Shown: positions 1 to 9,933 of the stretch, in pieces
Layout: the number at the start of each line of letters is the position of its first letter
How positions within the stretch are numbered: the first letter of the stretch is position 1
Source of the DNA: Sphingobacteriales bacterium
Lineage (GTDB): Bacteria; Bacteroidota; Bacteroidia; Sphingobacteriales; Sphingobacteriaceae
Length of the DNA stretch: 64,000 bases
NCBI GenBank assembly: GCA_028288165.1
Contig: JAQBOG010000036.1
Span: 11,202 to 75,201 of the forward strand
Direction of reading: 5' to 3'
Program-made: the position numbers and the translations under genes
The notes under the pieces: generated by a model
What the model saw: the letters and a program-made list of their open reading frames with translations, nothing else
What the model was told of the DNA's origin: nothing
Database searches by the model: none

Positions 1-843
1 GTTTCTATAAATATGACTTCTCGTGTTACATCAAAAGCGAGCCCTACTTTATCAAATATTAAAAATATAATTGCAGTTGCTTCTGGAAAGGGAGGAGTAG
101 GTAAATCAACAGTTGCTGCAAACCTTGCATTAGGCTTGGCGCAAAAAGGGGCGAAGGTTGGTTTAATCGACGCTGATATTTATGGGCCATCTATACCTAT
201 CATGTTCGGTCTGGAAGGAGCTAAACCTAGAGCTATAGCAGGTGCAGATGGAAAAAGCAGAATTCAACCAATTGAGAAATATGGTGTAAAATTATTGTCG
301 ATTGGATTTTTTATGGATCCGAATCAGCCAATCCCATGGCGGGGTCCGATGGTATCTACAGCTGTAAAACAGTTATTTAATGATGCAGATTGGGGTGAGC
401 TTGACTACTTAGTGGTTGATCTTCCGCCGGGAACAGGTGATATACATATTACTGTGACGCAAAGCTATCCTATTGCTGGTGCGGTTATCGTAACAACTCC
501 ACAAAATGTAGCCTTAACAGATGCTAAAAAAGGTATGGGTATGTTTTTAATGGATACTATTAATGTACCTATTTTGGGTGTGATAGAAAACATGTCATAC
601 TTTACTCCTGCAGAATTGCCTGAAAACAAATACTATATCTTCGGGCAGAACGGTGGAAAGCGATTGGCAGAAGAATTCGGAGCTCCATTTTTAGGTGAAA
701 TACCATTAGTAAAAAGTATTACCGACGCTGGAGATGAAGGAAAACCAATGATTTTGCATCAAGAAAACATAATGGCTGGCGCTTTTATGGAGATAGCAGA
801 GAAAGTTGCACAACAAGTTGCTATACAGAATGCAAAGAAATAA
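1..843 (+). CDS. mrp: Mrp/NBP35 (ApbC) Fe-S cluster carrier ATPase, 5'-truncated by the window edge
   Basis: GKGGVGKST deviant Walker A, DADIYGPS, DLPPGTGD and VIENMS motifs; the frame is open back to base 1. Confidence 0.93.
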   Translation, partial: VSINMTSRVTSKASPTLSNIKNIIAVASGKGGVGKSTVAANLALGLAQKGAKVGLIDADIYGPSIPIMFGLEGAKPRAIAGADGKSRIQPIEKYGVKLLSIGFFMDPNQPIPWRGPMVSTAVKQLFNDADWGELDYLVVDLPPGTGDIHITVTQSYPIAGAVIVTTPQNVALTDAKKGMGMFLMDTINVPILGVIENMSYFTPAELPENKYYIFGQNGGKRLAEEFGAPFLGEIPLVKSITDAGDEGKPMILHQENIMAGAFMEIAEKVAQQVAIQNAKK

Positions 844-885
844 AATCTTTAAAAGCGTATCTTTATATATTAATTTAAATAAAAG

Positions 886-1161
886 ATGGATTTATTAGAG
901 CGTGTAGAAACTGTACTTAATACCATTCGTCCTTATTTGGAAACGGACGGCGGGAATGTTTCTATAGAAGAAATCACTTCTGATAATATAGTACGAGTTA
1001 AACTTTTAGGTGCTTGTGGATCTTGCCCAATGAGCATTATGACACTTAAGGCAGGAATTGAGGAAGCTATTAAAAAAGGTGTACCCGAAATTAATGGCGT
1101 TGAAGCAGTTAATTTAACCGATATAGACGATCCGAGTGCTGTAATGCCGCAGCGATTTTAA
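886..1161 (+). CDS. NifU/NfuA-type Fe-S scaffold domain protein
   Basis: IRPYLxxDGG and GACGSCPMS (CxxC) motifs; adjacent to mrp. Confidence 0.9.
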   Translation: MDLLERVETVLNTIRPYLETDGGNVSIEEITSDNIVRVKLLGACGSCPMSIMTLKAGIEEAIKKGVPEINGVEAVNLTDIDDPSAVMPQRF

Positions 1162-1188
1162 GTTAATGATTGTGGGACTTATTTTAGT

Positions 1189-1204
1189 TTAACAATTTTT
1201 AACA
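1189..1204 (+). promoter_or_regulatory. TTAACA-N4-TTAACA direct-repeat box (putative response-regulator site)
   Basis: ttaaca-attt-ttaaca, 33 nt upstream of the CDS at 1238; the same spacing recurs at 12235, 31352 and 40003. Confidence 0.5.
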
Positions 1205-1237
1205 AGCGGCTAGCATGATAATTGATATTTTTGAAAG

Positions 1238-1876
1238 ATGCGCATTAGTTTAATTTTGCTGTTTACTCTCTGCTTCTTAACTGGGTTTTCACAAAGGCCC
1301 GATAGGAAACTTGTGCAGTTTTCGGGAGTGATTATGAATAACGATAGTAACACAATTGTTCCCTATGTAACAGTTACTAATATCTCATCCCGAAATCAGA
1401 TTTTTAGTGCTAATTACAAGGGCTACTTTTCGTTTGTGGCACATGAATCGGATACCATTACTTTTACTGCCATAGGATTCAGGAAAGAAGCAATAGTGAT
1501 TCCGCAAAATGTTCCTGATAACCGTTATACTATCATGTTAAAAATGAAGCAGGAGATTATTAATCTTCCGGTTGTTCAAGTTTATCCCTGGGCGAGTTTA
1601 GACGAGTTTAAAAGAGAATTTATGGCCATGAAGTTTGCCGACGATGACCTTGAAAATGCAAAGAAAAACATCTCAAAAGATAAGCTTCTAGCTTTATCGG
1701 CCTCGTTGCCACGCGATGGTAGAGAAATGCAGGGTTACAATTTTCAAAATAATCACTACAATCTTGTTAATAAAAACATCAACCAGCGATTTGCAAACCC
1801 ATTATTGAACCCGTTTGCCTGGGCAGCATTTATGCAGCAAATTATGCAAGGCGATCAAAGCAGAGATAAAAATTAA
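1238..1876 (+). CDS. Secreted protein with a carboxypeptidase-regulatory-like (CarboxypepD_reg) domain
   Basis: Signal peptide; FSGVI...VPYVTV...NYKGYFS...DTITFTAIGF pattern. Confidence 0.7.
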   Translation: MRISLILLFTLCFLTGFSQRPDRKLVQFSGVIMNNDSNTIVPYVTVTNISSRNQIFSANYKGYFSFVAHESDTITFTAIGFRKEAIVIPQNVPDNRYTIMLKMKQEIINLPVVQVYPWASLDEFKREFMAMKFADDDLENAKKNISKDKLLALSASLPRDGREMQGYNFQNNHYNLVNKNINQRFANPLLNPFAWAAFMQQIMQGDQSRDKN

Positions 1877-2463
1877 CGTTTTTTGTTGCTCCCTGATTTA
1901 AACGACTTAGCTGCAGGATACTTCATCTTATAATCAACCTTTATGTTTCCCTTTGAAATAGAGTCTAAACGGCTTTTAAGCATTGCTTTCCGTAAAGGAG
2001 AAAGCTTATCTGTAAATAATTTGCCTTCTATGTGATCATATTCATGCTGAATAACTCGGGCAGCTAATCCACTATAGGTCTCCTCATAGTGATTCCAGTT
2101 TTCATCATAGTAAGAGATAGTTACATTTTGATGTCTCGAGATATCTTCTCTAATATCTGGAATACTTAAACAGCCTTCATTAAATAACCATTTATCGCCA
2201 CTTTCCCCCAGTATTTCAGCGTTAATAAAAACCTTTTTGAACTGTTTTAATACTGGTTCATCATCTGCAAAAGGAGTAGCATCAATTATAAAAAGTCGTA
2301 CAGATAAACCTATTTGTGGTGCAGCCAGCCCAACTCCATGTGCGTTATACATGGTTTCAAACATATTAGAAATTAGCTGGGTTAAATCCGGATATGTATT
2401 AGGAATATCTTCTGCCTTTCTGCGTAAAACAGGGTCACCATATGCTACAATAGGTAATTTCAT
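1873..2463 (-). CDS. def: Peptide deformylase
   Basis: GVGLAAPQIG, EGCLS and QHEYDH motifs. Confidence 0.97.
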   Translation of the reverse strand: MKLPIVAYGDPVLRRKAEDIPNTYPDLTQLISNMFETMYNAHGVGLAAPQIGLSVRLFIIDATPFADDEPVLKQFKKVFINAEILGESGDKWLFNEGCLSIPDIREDISRHQNVTISYYDENWNHYEETYSGLAARVIQHEYDHIEGKLFTDKLSPLRKAMLKSRLDSISKGNIKVDYKMKYPAAKSFKSGSNKKR

Positions 2464-2486
2464 TTTACAAAAATAATATTTTTAAG

Positions 2487-3719
2487 CTAAGAATCTTGCG
2501 GTTCAAATAAAAGCATGCTTAATTGTGACGGTTCAAAAACAGTATTCGCTATTTCTAAAAGCTCATTCACCGTTATTGCATTCACTTTAGCATAGATTTC
2601 TTCCAAAGAATCTACGCGATTATAATCAAGCAGGCTTTTGGCTATTGAAGTAATTAGTCCAATCCGGTTTTCTTCTCCAAGAGCAATTTGGCCAATAAAT
2701 TTTTGCTTTGCCTGATGCAGCTGCGTTGTACCCAGCTTATTATCCCGAAGTTTTTTCAGCTCTTTATGGATAAGTTTAATGGCTTTTTCTGTTTTTTCAG
2801 GGTCTGTTCCAAAGTAAATCGAAAAAATTCCAGTATCGCTTAGGGGTGTATAATTTGATTCGATAGTGTAAGCAATTCCCTGTTTTTCCCGAATTTCCAG
2901 ATTTAGCCGGGAGCTCATCCCATTACCTCCAAGTAAGTTATTTAATAAAAGTAATCCCATTTTACTTTTATGATGAGTGGAGAACGCTTGGTTGCCCATC
3001 ACACAATGTGCTTGGTTAATTGGCTTCAGTAATTTGCTTATTTGAGGTTTATAGGTGTTTTTATATTCTCTCTGTCGTTTAATAGATTTATGCTTTATAG
3101 CACCATAAAGCTTTTCGCAAATGCGGATAACTTTTTTAAAGTCATAGTTGCCCAAAACACCAATAATTATTTCATCGGTGTTGTAATTATTGCCCATGAA
3201 ATTAAAAATGTCTGATTGCTTAAAAGCACGTACAGTCTCCGGTTTTCCTAAAATATTTCTACCTAATGGGTGCTCGGCGAATATAACATCCTCGAAATCG
3301 TCATTTATCGCTTCATCAGGTTGGTCTTGATATGAAGAAATCTCATCTAATATTACTTCCTTTTCTTTCTGCATTTCATCCTCCGGAAATAAAGAGTGGA
3401 ATACAATGTCCTCAAATAGATCCAAAGAACGCTCTAGATGTTGATTTAGAAAGGAAGCATGAATACAGGTATATTCTTTAGTGGTATAGGCATTTAAATC
3501 AGCACCTACTAACTCTAGCCGATTAAGTATTTGTGTGGTATTTCTTTTTGCAGTTTTTTTAAATAGCAAGTGCTCTATAAAGTGAGCCATGCCGTTCATC
3601 TCCAGACTTTCATCTCTTGATCCCGCATTTAGTATAATGCATGCATGGGAAATGTTTGAAACAGATTGTTTGTAAATTAAACGTATTTTATTTTCAAGTT
3701 CGTGAACAAGATAATCCAT
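2487..3719 (-). CDS. M16 family (pitrilysin-like) zinc peptidase
   Basis: Inverted zinc motif HFIEH, LNAYTTKE, SSRLNLEIREKQG. Confidence 0.92.
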   Translation of the reverse strand: MDYLVHELENKIRLIYKQSVSNISHACIILNAGSRDESLEMNGMAHFIEHLLFKKTAKRNTTQILNRLELVGADLNAYTTKEYTCIHASFLNQHLERSLDLFEDIVFHSLFPEDEMQKEKEVILDEISSYQDQPDEAINDDFEDVIFAEHPLGRNILGKPETVRAFKQSDIFNFMGNNYNTDEIIIGVLGNYDFKKVIRICEKLYGAIKHKSIKRQREYKNTYKPQISKLLKPINQAHCVMGNQAFSTHHKSKMGLLLLNNLLGGNGMSSRLNLEIREKQGIAYTIESNYTPLSDTGIFSIYFGTDPEKTEKAIKLIHKELKKLRDNKLGTTQLHQAKQKFIGQIALGEENRIGLITSIAKSLLDYNRVDSLEEIYAKVNAITVNELLEIANTVFEPSQLSMLLFEPQDS

Positions 3720-3930
3720 ATGTACCGTTAGGGAGTTTCTTTAATGGCTAAAATTGGTTCTAAAGCAATATTCTAGTCACTTAATTCCTCTAAGATAAGA
3801 TTTCATAAAGAATGTGGATTTTATTTATACATAAAGCTTGATGCTGATAGTTATTTATCAACATTGTTAGATGCCAAGAGAAGTAAAGGATTTTACATAA
3901 AAATTAAGAAGGCCACCGGGAGGGTGGTTA

Positions 3931-4173
3931 TTACTTAATGTCTTTAAAAAAGTCCGAAATCGATATTTCGAAGTAGAAGCATACTTTGCGAATGGTAGTC
4001 ATTCGGGTATCATACTTGCCGGTCTCCAAACGAGCAATGTTAATATTTGTGTCCTGATAAAATTGATCTTGAGAAATAAGTTTTTGTACACGCAGACGCT
4101 TCAACTGTAAAGCTACTTTGAGTTTAAAATCATTTTCGGTTTGGATAAGATGTTTAAAATCTACATAAGCCAT
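3931..4173 (-). CDS. Small XRE-family helix-turn-helix regulator
   Basis: 80 aa; LKRLR...ISQ...IARLETG...TTIRKVC...ISISDFF pattern. Confidence 0.8.
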   Translation of the reverse strand: MAYVDFKHLIQTENDFKLKVALQLKRLRVQKLISQDQFYQDTNINIARLETGKYDTRMTTIRKVCFYFEISISDFFKDIK

Positions 4174-4203
4174 AGTTACAATGATAAATAACTAAATGCT
4201 TAT

Positions 4204-4270
4204 AAAACTGGACGAAATTGTCAGTTTTTATTTTTAGGACAATTTATGTCATGATCTTCTTGACATAAAT
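4204..4270. promoter_or_regulatory. Cluster of palindromes, putative XRE operator array
   Basis: gac-gaaatt-gtc (4211-4222), gac-aatttat-gtc (4238-4250) and a perfect 10-bp IR atttatgtca...tgacataaat (4242-4270), all just upstream of the XRE gene. Confidence 0.5.
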
Positions 4271-4313
4271 CAACACTGTTATTAAAGTGTCGCTCTGGTA
4301 AAGAAAATTTTAC

Positions 4314-5852
4314 TTACCCAGCCCATCCTTCGCGATCCAGACTTCGATAATTTATTGCTTCGGCTAAGTGTTCTAACTCAATATCGGTGGTTCCTGCCAA
4401 GTCTGCAATCGTTCTGGCTACCTTAAGAATGCGGTCATAAGCCCGTGCTGATAAACCAAGTTTTTCCATAGCCTTCTTAAGTAAGGTTTGTCCGGCATCT
4501 GTGATTACACAAACCTCTCTTACCTTTTTAGGGCTCATCTGCGCATTTGAATGAACATTTAAATTACCATCAAAGCGCCTGTTTTGGATTTCTCTTGCTG
4601 CGATCACTCTTTCTCTAACTAGTTCGCTTTTTTCTGATAATCTACTTGACGATAATTCACTAAAGTTTACTGGAGTTACCTCGATATGTAAGTCAATTCT
4701 ATCCAACAAAGGGCCAGAAATTTTACTTAAGTATTTTTGAACCATTCCCGGTGGGCAAATACATTCTTTTTCAGGATGATTGTAGTAACCGCAAGGACAA
4801 GGGTTCATGGATGCAACCAACATGAAACTTGCTGGATAGTCTACAGTGTTCCTTGCTCTGGATATAGTTACTCTCCGCTCTTCTAAAGGTTGGCGCATTA
4901 CTTCTAAAACGGTTCGTTTAAATTCAGGTAATTCATCTAAAAAAAGCACCCCATTATGTGCAAGTGAAATTTCACCAGGCTGGGGGTTAGAGCCCCCGCC
5001 CACCAAAGCAACATCGCTAATCGTATGATGTGGCGATCTAAATGGTCTGATTGTCATCAATGAATCTGAAGCAGACAGCTTTCCGGCAACCGAATGAATT
5101 TTAGTTGTATCGAGGGCTTCAATCAAATTTAAAGCAGGTAATATTGTTGGCAGGCGTTTAGCTAGCATCGTTTTACCTGCTCCAGGTGGGCCTATGAGTA
5201 TTACATTATGGCCACCTGCTGCGGCTATTTCTAGCGCCCGTTTTATGTTTTCCTGACCTCTGACTTCAGAAAAGTCACTCTCATAGTTCGCTATATTGTT
5301 TTTAAATTCTTGTTCTGTATCAACAACAGTTCTTTCTGGTTTTGATTTACCGTTAAGGAAGTTGATTACCTCGTTTAACGTATCAATCCCGTATACATCA
5401 AAATCGCTAACTATAGCGGCCTCACGGGCATTCGCTGAGGGTAGTATTAAGCCTTTAAAGCCATCTGTTCGCCCTTGTATAGCGATAGGAAGAGCGCCTT
5501 TTATGGGTTGCAGGCCACCATCTAAAGATAGCTCGCCCATGATTAAATATTTATCCAATTGATCAATTTCTACCTGGCCGGATTCTGCCAAAATCCCAAT
5601 TGCGATAGCCAGGTCATAGGCAGAGCCTTCTTTGCGGATGTCGGCAGGAGCTAGGTTGATAACAATTTTTTGACGAGGCATGCGGTAACCGCAGTTGTTT
5701 ATAGCACTTTCTACCCTTAATAAACTTTCTTTAACAGCATTGTCTGGTAAACCAACTACAAAATACTTGGTGCCACTGCTTATATCAACTTCAATTATAA
5801 TTGTAATAGCTTCAATTCCGTAAACAGCACTTGAGAAGGTTTTAACAGGCAT
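4314..5852 (-). CDS. comM: YifB/ComM Mg-chelatase-like AAA+ ATPase
   Basis: [42 protein letters not shown] and [18 protein letters not shown] motifs. Confidence 0.93.
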   Translation of the reverse strand: MPVKTFSSAVYGIEAITIIIEVDISSGTKYFVVGLPDNAVKESLLRVESAINNCGYRMPRQKIVINLAPADIRKEGSAYDLAIAIGILAESGQVEIDQLDKYLIMGELSLDGGLQPIKGALPIAIQGRTDGFKGLILPSANAREAAIVSDFDVYGIDTLNEVINFLNGKSKPERTVVDTEQEFKNNIANYESDFSEVRGQENIKRALEIAAAGGHNVILIGPPGAGKTMLAKRLPTILPALNLIEALDTTKIHSVAGKLSASDSLMTIRPFRSPHHTISDVALVGGGSNPQPGEISLAHNGVLFLDELPEFKRTVLEVMRQPLEERRVTISRARNTVDYPASFMLVASMNPCPCGYYNHPEKECICPPGMVQKYLSKISGPLLDRIDLHIEVTPVNFSELSSSRLSEKSELVRERVIAAREIQNRRFDGNLNVHSNAQMSPKKVREVCVITDAGQTLLKKAMEKLGLSARAYDRILKVARTIADLAGTTDIELEHLAEAINYRSLDREGWAG

Positions 5853-5894
5853 TTTTAAGATATATTAACCCGAATGTACAGAAATTAACTCCAT

Positions 5895-5926
5895 AAAAAA
5901 ATCCTGCAAGGTTTAATTGCAGGATT
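5895..5926 (-). terminator. Intrinsic terminator of ffh
   Basis: Stem aatcctgcaa/ttgcaggatt followed by a T run on the minus strand. Confidence 0.75.
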
Positions 5927-5948
5927 CCTTATAAGGTTATATAAGTTA

Positions 5949-7289
5949 TTATTTCCCGAAAGGCATTTTAGGCATACCTTTCATCATTTTAGCTGCTGCC
6001 GCAGGATTTGAAAACTGCTTCATTACTTTCCGCATATCTTCAAATTGCTTAATAAGCTTGTTTACTTCTGTAATGTTTGTACCTGATCCACCTGCAATCC
6101 TCGTACGACGACTTTGATTTATTGAATCTGGATTTTCTCTTTCGTACGGAGTCATTGAGCGTATAATTGCTTCAATAGGAGTAAAAGCATTATCATCAAT
6201 TTCTACATCTTTCAATGCCTTTCCAACCCCCGGTATCATTCCCATCAGATCTTTCATGTTACCCATTTTCTTGATTTGTTGAATCTGGCCGATGAAATCG
6301 TTGAAATCAAATTTGTTTTTGCGGATCTTCTTTTGAAGTTCAGCCGCCTCTTTTTCATCAAACTGTTGTTGAGCACGTTCAACCAAAGATACAACATCAC
6401 CCATCCCAAGAATACGAGATGCCATACGATCTGGATAGAATACATCTAGTGCATCCATCTTTTCGCCGGTACCAATGAACTTGATCGGTTTATTAACAAC
6501 AGATTTTATTGATAAGGCTGCACCCCCACGGGTATCACCATCTAATTTTGTTAAAACTACTCCTGTAAAATCAAGACGATCGTTAAATGCTTTAGCAGTG
6601 TTTACGGCATCCTGACCTGTCATTGAATCAACAACAAATAATATTTCATGTGGATTTGTACTTGCCTTTACATTGGCAATTTCATCCATCATCTCATTAT
6701 CCAGAGCTAAACGACCGGCTGTATCAATGATTACTACATTCTGACCGTTCCTTTTTGCTTCCGCTATTCCTTCCATCGCAATGGCGATAGGATCTTTTGA
6801 TTCACGATTGGTGTATACAGGAACGCTGATCTGGCCAGCTAAAACTTCTAATTGATCAATTGCTGCGGGGCGATAAACGTCTCCAGCTACCAATAATGGC
6901 TTTTTGCCTTTTTGAGTTTTTAGAAAGTTTGCTAGTTTTCCGGAGAAGGTAGTTTTACCAGCACCATTCAATCCTGCAATTAAAATAATTGTTGGATTAA
7001 CAGAAATTTTTAATTCATCAACCGAACCACCCATTAATTCGGTGAGTTCATCATTCATGATCTTGGTTAACAACTGACCGGGCGAAATGGTAGTTAACAC
7101 GTTTTGGCCAATTGCCTTTTCTTTTACAGTATCTGTAAAAGCTTTAGCAGTTTTATAATTAACGTCGGCATCTAAAAGAGCTTTTCTAATCTCTTTCATT
7201 GTTTCAGCAACGTTTACTTCTGAAATGCTTCCTTGTCCTTTCAGAACTTTAAAAGCTCTGTCTAGTTTATCCTGTAAATTTTCAAACAT
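5949..7289 (-). CDS. ffh: Signal recognition particle protein Ffh
   Basis: GLNGAGKTT, DTAGRL, TKLDGDTRGG, RILGMGD motifs and a Met-rich M domain. Confidence 0.98.
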   Translation of the reverse strand: MFENLQDKLDRAFKVLKGQGSISEVNVAETMKEIRKALLDADVNYKTAKAFTDTVKEKAIGQNVLTTISPGQLLTKIMNDELTELMGGSVDELKISVNPTIILIAGLNGAGKTTFSGKLANFLKTQKGKKPLLVAGDVYRPAAIDQLEVLAGQISVPVYTNRESKDPIAIAMEGIAEAKRNGQNVVIIDTAGRLALDNEMMDEIANVKASTNPHEILFVVDSMTGQDAVNTAKAFNDRLDFTGVVLTKLDGDTRGGAALSIKSVVNKPIKFIGTGEKMDALDVFYPDRMASRILGMGDVVSLVERAQQQFDEKEAAELQKKIRKNKFDFNDFIGQIQQIKKMGNMKDLMGMIPGVGKALKDVEIDDNAFTPIEAIIRSMTPYERENPDSINQSRRTRIAGGSGTNITEVNKLIKQFEDMRKVMKQFSNPAAAAKMMKGMPKMPFGK

Positions 7290-7314
7290 GTTCTGATTCA
7301 GCTTTTAGCAGGTG

Positions 7315-7322
7315 CAAAGTTA
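7315..7322 (-). promoter_or_regulatory. Bacteroidota -7 promoter element (TAACTTTG) of ffh
   Basis: Exact TAnnTTTG 25 nt upstream of the ATG. Confidence 0.6.
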
Positions 7323-7476
7323 TGATTTCTGGTTTAATGACGATTAACATATTTTTGATTTATAAAACGTTAAAAAAAGACATTGGCAACAATCACGTTA
7401 CATGATGTTATTAAATAAATATTGAGCAACGTGTTGCCAAATTTACCGTCTTAATAACACGCACTTCAATATTTGT

Positions 7477-9933
7477 ATGATATTAAAATTATCGTTATTC
7501 CTTTTCTTGATTTCATCGTTAAGCCTTGCTTCTGCCCAAGAGGTAAAAAAAATTACGGCTGTTCGAACAGAAAAAGCTCCCAAGATTGATGGATTAATTG
7601 ATGATGAAGTTTGGAAAAACGTACCTGTAGCCTCTGGTTTTATTGAATTTAGACCAGTACCAAACACTAAAGAAAAGGATGATCGCAAAACGGAGGTAAA
7701 GATCATATACGATAATTCAGCAGTGTATGTATCTGCAAGAATGTTTGACAATCCAGATAGTATTGCACATGAATTGGTAACTCGTGACCAGGTGGGAAAT
7801 GCAGATTTTATTGGAATTATTTTCGATACTTATTTGGATGGAATTAATGCAAACGGTTTTTATGTTACTGCAGCAGGGTCACAATATGATGCAAAATATT
7901 CACAAGGTGGAAATGAAGACGATAATTGGAACGCTGTATGGGAAAGTGAAGTTAAGATTGATAAACTAGGTTGGACCGCTGAATTTAAAATACCTTATTC
8001 TGCATTGCGGTTTGCGACGAAAGATATACAGAATTGGGGATTAAATATAACCAGACGCAGGCAGAAAATTAATTATCAAAGTTTCTGGAATTTTGTAGAT
8101 CCAAAAGTGAGTGGCTTTATAAATCAAGAAGGTCAATTAATTGGGATTGAGAAGATCATAGCTCCTGTAAGACTATCCTTCTCGCCATATATCTCCAGTT
8201 ATGTGAGTCATTATCCAACAAACCAACCCGGAGTTAAAGATCTGACAAGTTCTTTTAACGGAGGTATGGATGTAAAATATGGGATAAACCAAAGTTTTAC
8301 CTTAGATATGACCTTAGTGCCTGATTTTGGACAGGTTAGATCAGATAATAAAGTGCTTAACCTCTCGCCGTTTGAAGTGAAGTTCAACGAGAATAGGCCT
8401 TTTTTCACTGAAGGTACAGAGCTATTTAATAAAGGAAATTTATTTTACTCGAGAAGAATAGGCTCATTCCCTACTTATTTCAAAAGCTTAGATAGCCAAC
8501 TTGCTGATGGAGATGTTATTTCAAAGTATCCGCAAGAAAGCAAATTAATAAATGCCACCAAAGTATCAGGTCGCACGGGGAAAGGATTAGGCATCGGTAT
8601 ATTTAATGCGGTGACTAATAGGATGAATGCAACCGTAGAAGACAAATTTGGTAACACCCGGATACTTGAAGTGCAACCATTAACCAACTACAATATCTTC
8701 GTACTCGATCAAAACTTAAAAAATAATAGTTCAGTTACTTTATTAAATACCAATGTATTAAGGAATGGCAGCGCTTACGATGCGAACGTAAGTGCTTTCT
8801 TATTTAATTTGAATAATAAGGGAAACAAGTATAATCTTAATGGGGCGGCGAAAATGAGCCACCGAGGAATTGGTGATGGTAATAATGAAATAAACAACGG
8901 ACTGAATTATGAGATTGGTGGAGGTAAACAAAGTGGATCTTTCAACTGGAGTATCAAAGAGGTTCTGTCTGACACAAAATTCAATCCCTCCGATTTAAGT
9001 TATTTTACCAATAATAATTTTTTTGATCATTTACTAAGTGCTAGCTATAGTATTTATAAACCTTCAAAATGGTATAATCAATGGCAAACGTATTGGAACT
9101 TTAATTATTCTCAACGATTTCGGCCAAGGTCTTTTCAATATGTAGAAGGGTTCGGTGGGGCATATCTGCAGCTGAAAAATTTCTGGTCGTTTAATTTGAA
9201 TCTGGATGTGCGATCTGCAGGGAATGACTTTTATGAATCACGTTCGGATGGTTTAGGCTATGACAGTCCCAGTGAATATGGTGTAAGTGTCTATATGAAT
9301 TCTAATCATTCGAAACGGTTTAATGGCGGCGGTTATGTATCATATAGAAAAATAAACAGGGCAAATGGCCATGGCTATGGTGGCGGATTCTACCAAAATT
9401 TTCGTGTGAATGATCGCCTGGCATTTGGATCTGAAGTAAGTATTGAACCGAGACAAAATTTATTAGGGTGGTTTGACACAGTAGACCCGACGATCGTAGG
9501 TCGTGCGTCTGGTGGAGAAATCTATTTTTCCTTGTATGACAGAAATACAGTTGAAAATTATTTTTATGGGAAGTATACTTTCAGTAATAAAATGGGGATT
9601 ACTTTGAATGCAAGGCATTATTGGTCAGATAGGAGAAATAAGAAGTATTTTATACTTGACAACAATGGAAAATTGTTGTCGACCGAAGATTTAACGATAG
9701 CAAATAGAACTTATAACTCGTTTAATATAGATCTAACTTATTTCTGGCAATTTGCTCCAGGAAGCGAATTTACAATTGTTTATAAAGATCTGGCTTCCGT
9801 TGATGAGCGCTTAACCCGCAGAGGCTATGCTAATAACTTAGGAAAAACATTTAATTTCCCTCAAAACAATAGCCTTTCATTCAAAATACTTTACTATCTG
9901 GATTATTTGCAATTAAGAAAAAAGCGGAGTTAA
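7477..9933 (+). CDS. DUF5916-like outer-membrane protein with an N-terminal CBM9-like domain
   Basis: Signal peptide; PKIDGLIDDEVW, GWTAEFKIPYSALRF, PDFGQV and ENRPFFTEG motifs. Confidence 0.8.
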   Translation: MILKLSLFLFLISSLSLASAQEVKKITAVRTEKAPKIDGLIDDEVWKNVPVASGFIEFRPVPNTKEKDDRKTEVKIIYDNSAVYVSARMFDNPDSIAHELVTRDQVGNADFIGIIFDTYLDGINANGFYVTAAGSQYDAKYSQGGNEDDNWNAVWESEVKIDKLGWTAEFKIPYSALRFATKDIQNWGLNITRRRQKINYQSFWNFVDPKVSGFINQEGQLIGIEKIIAPVRLSFSPYISSYVSHYPTNQPGVKDLTSSFNGGMDVKYGINQSFTLDMTLVPDFGQVRSDNKVLNLSPFEVKFNENRPFFTEGTELFNKGNLFYSRRIGSFPTYFKSLDSQLADGDVISKYPQESKLINATKVSGRTGKGLGIGIFNAVTNRMNATVEDKFGNTRILEVQPLTNYNIFVLDQNLKNNSSVTLLNTNVLRNGSAYDANVSAFLFNLNNKGNKYNLNGAAKMSHRGIGDGNNEINNGLNYEIGGGKQSGSFNWSIKEVLSDTKFNPSDLSYFTNNNFFDHLLSASYSIYKPSKWYNQWQTYWNFNYSQRFRPRSFQYVEGFGGAYLQLKNFWSFNLNLDVRSAGNDFYESRSDGLGYDSPSEYGVSVYMNSNHSKRFNGGGYVSYRKINRANGHGYGGGFYQNFRVNDRLAFGSEVSIEPRQNLLGWFDTVDPTIVGRASGGEIYFSLYDRNTVENYFYGKYTFSNKMGITLNARHYWSDRRNKKYFILDNNGKLLSTEDLTIANRTYNSFNIDLTYFWQFAPGSEFTIVYKDLASVDERLTRRGYANNLGKTFNFPQNNSLSFKILYYLDYLQLRKKRS

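Noticed and set aside
1211-1226. TAGCATGATAATTGAT, a sigma-54-like string
   Set aside because: It lacks the invariant GG at -24 and GC at -12.
3726-3735. cgttagggag, matching the 5' part of the Flavo-1-like element
   Set aside because: Only 10 nt match; there is no downstream stem or AACGCCC end, so it is probably chance.
5853-7476. SRP (4.5S) RNA near ffh
   Set aside because: No CAGG..GGAA..AGCAG domain-IV motif is visible in the flanking intergenic regions.
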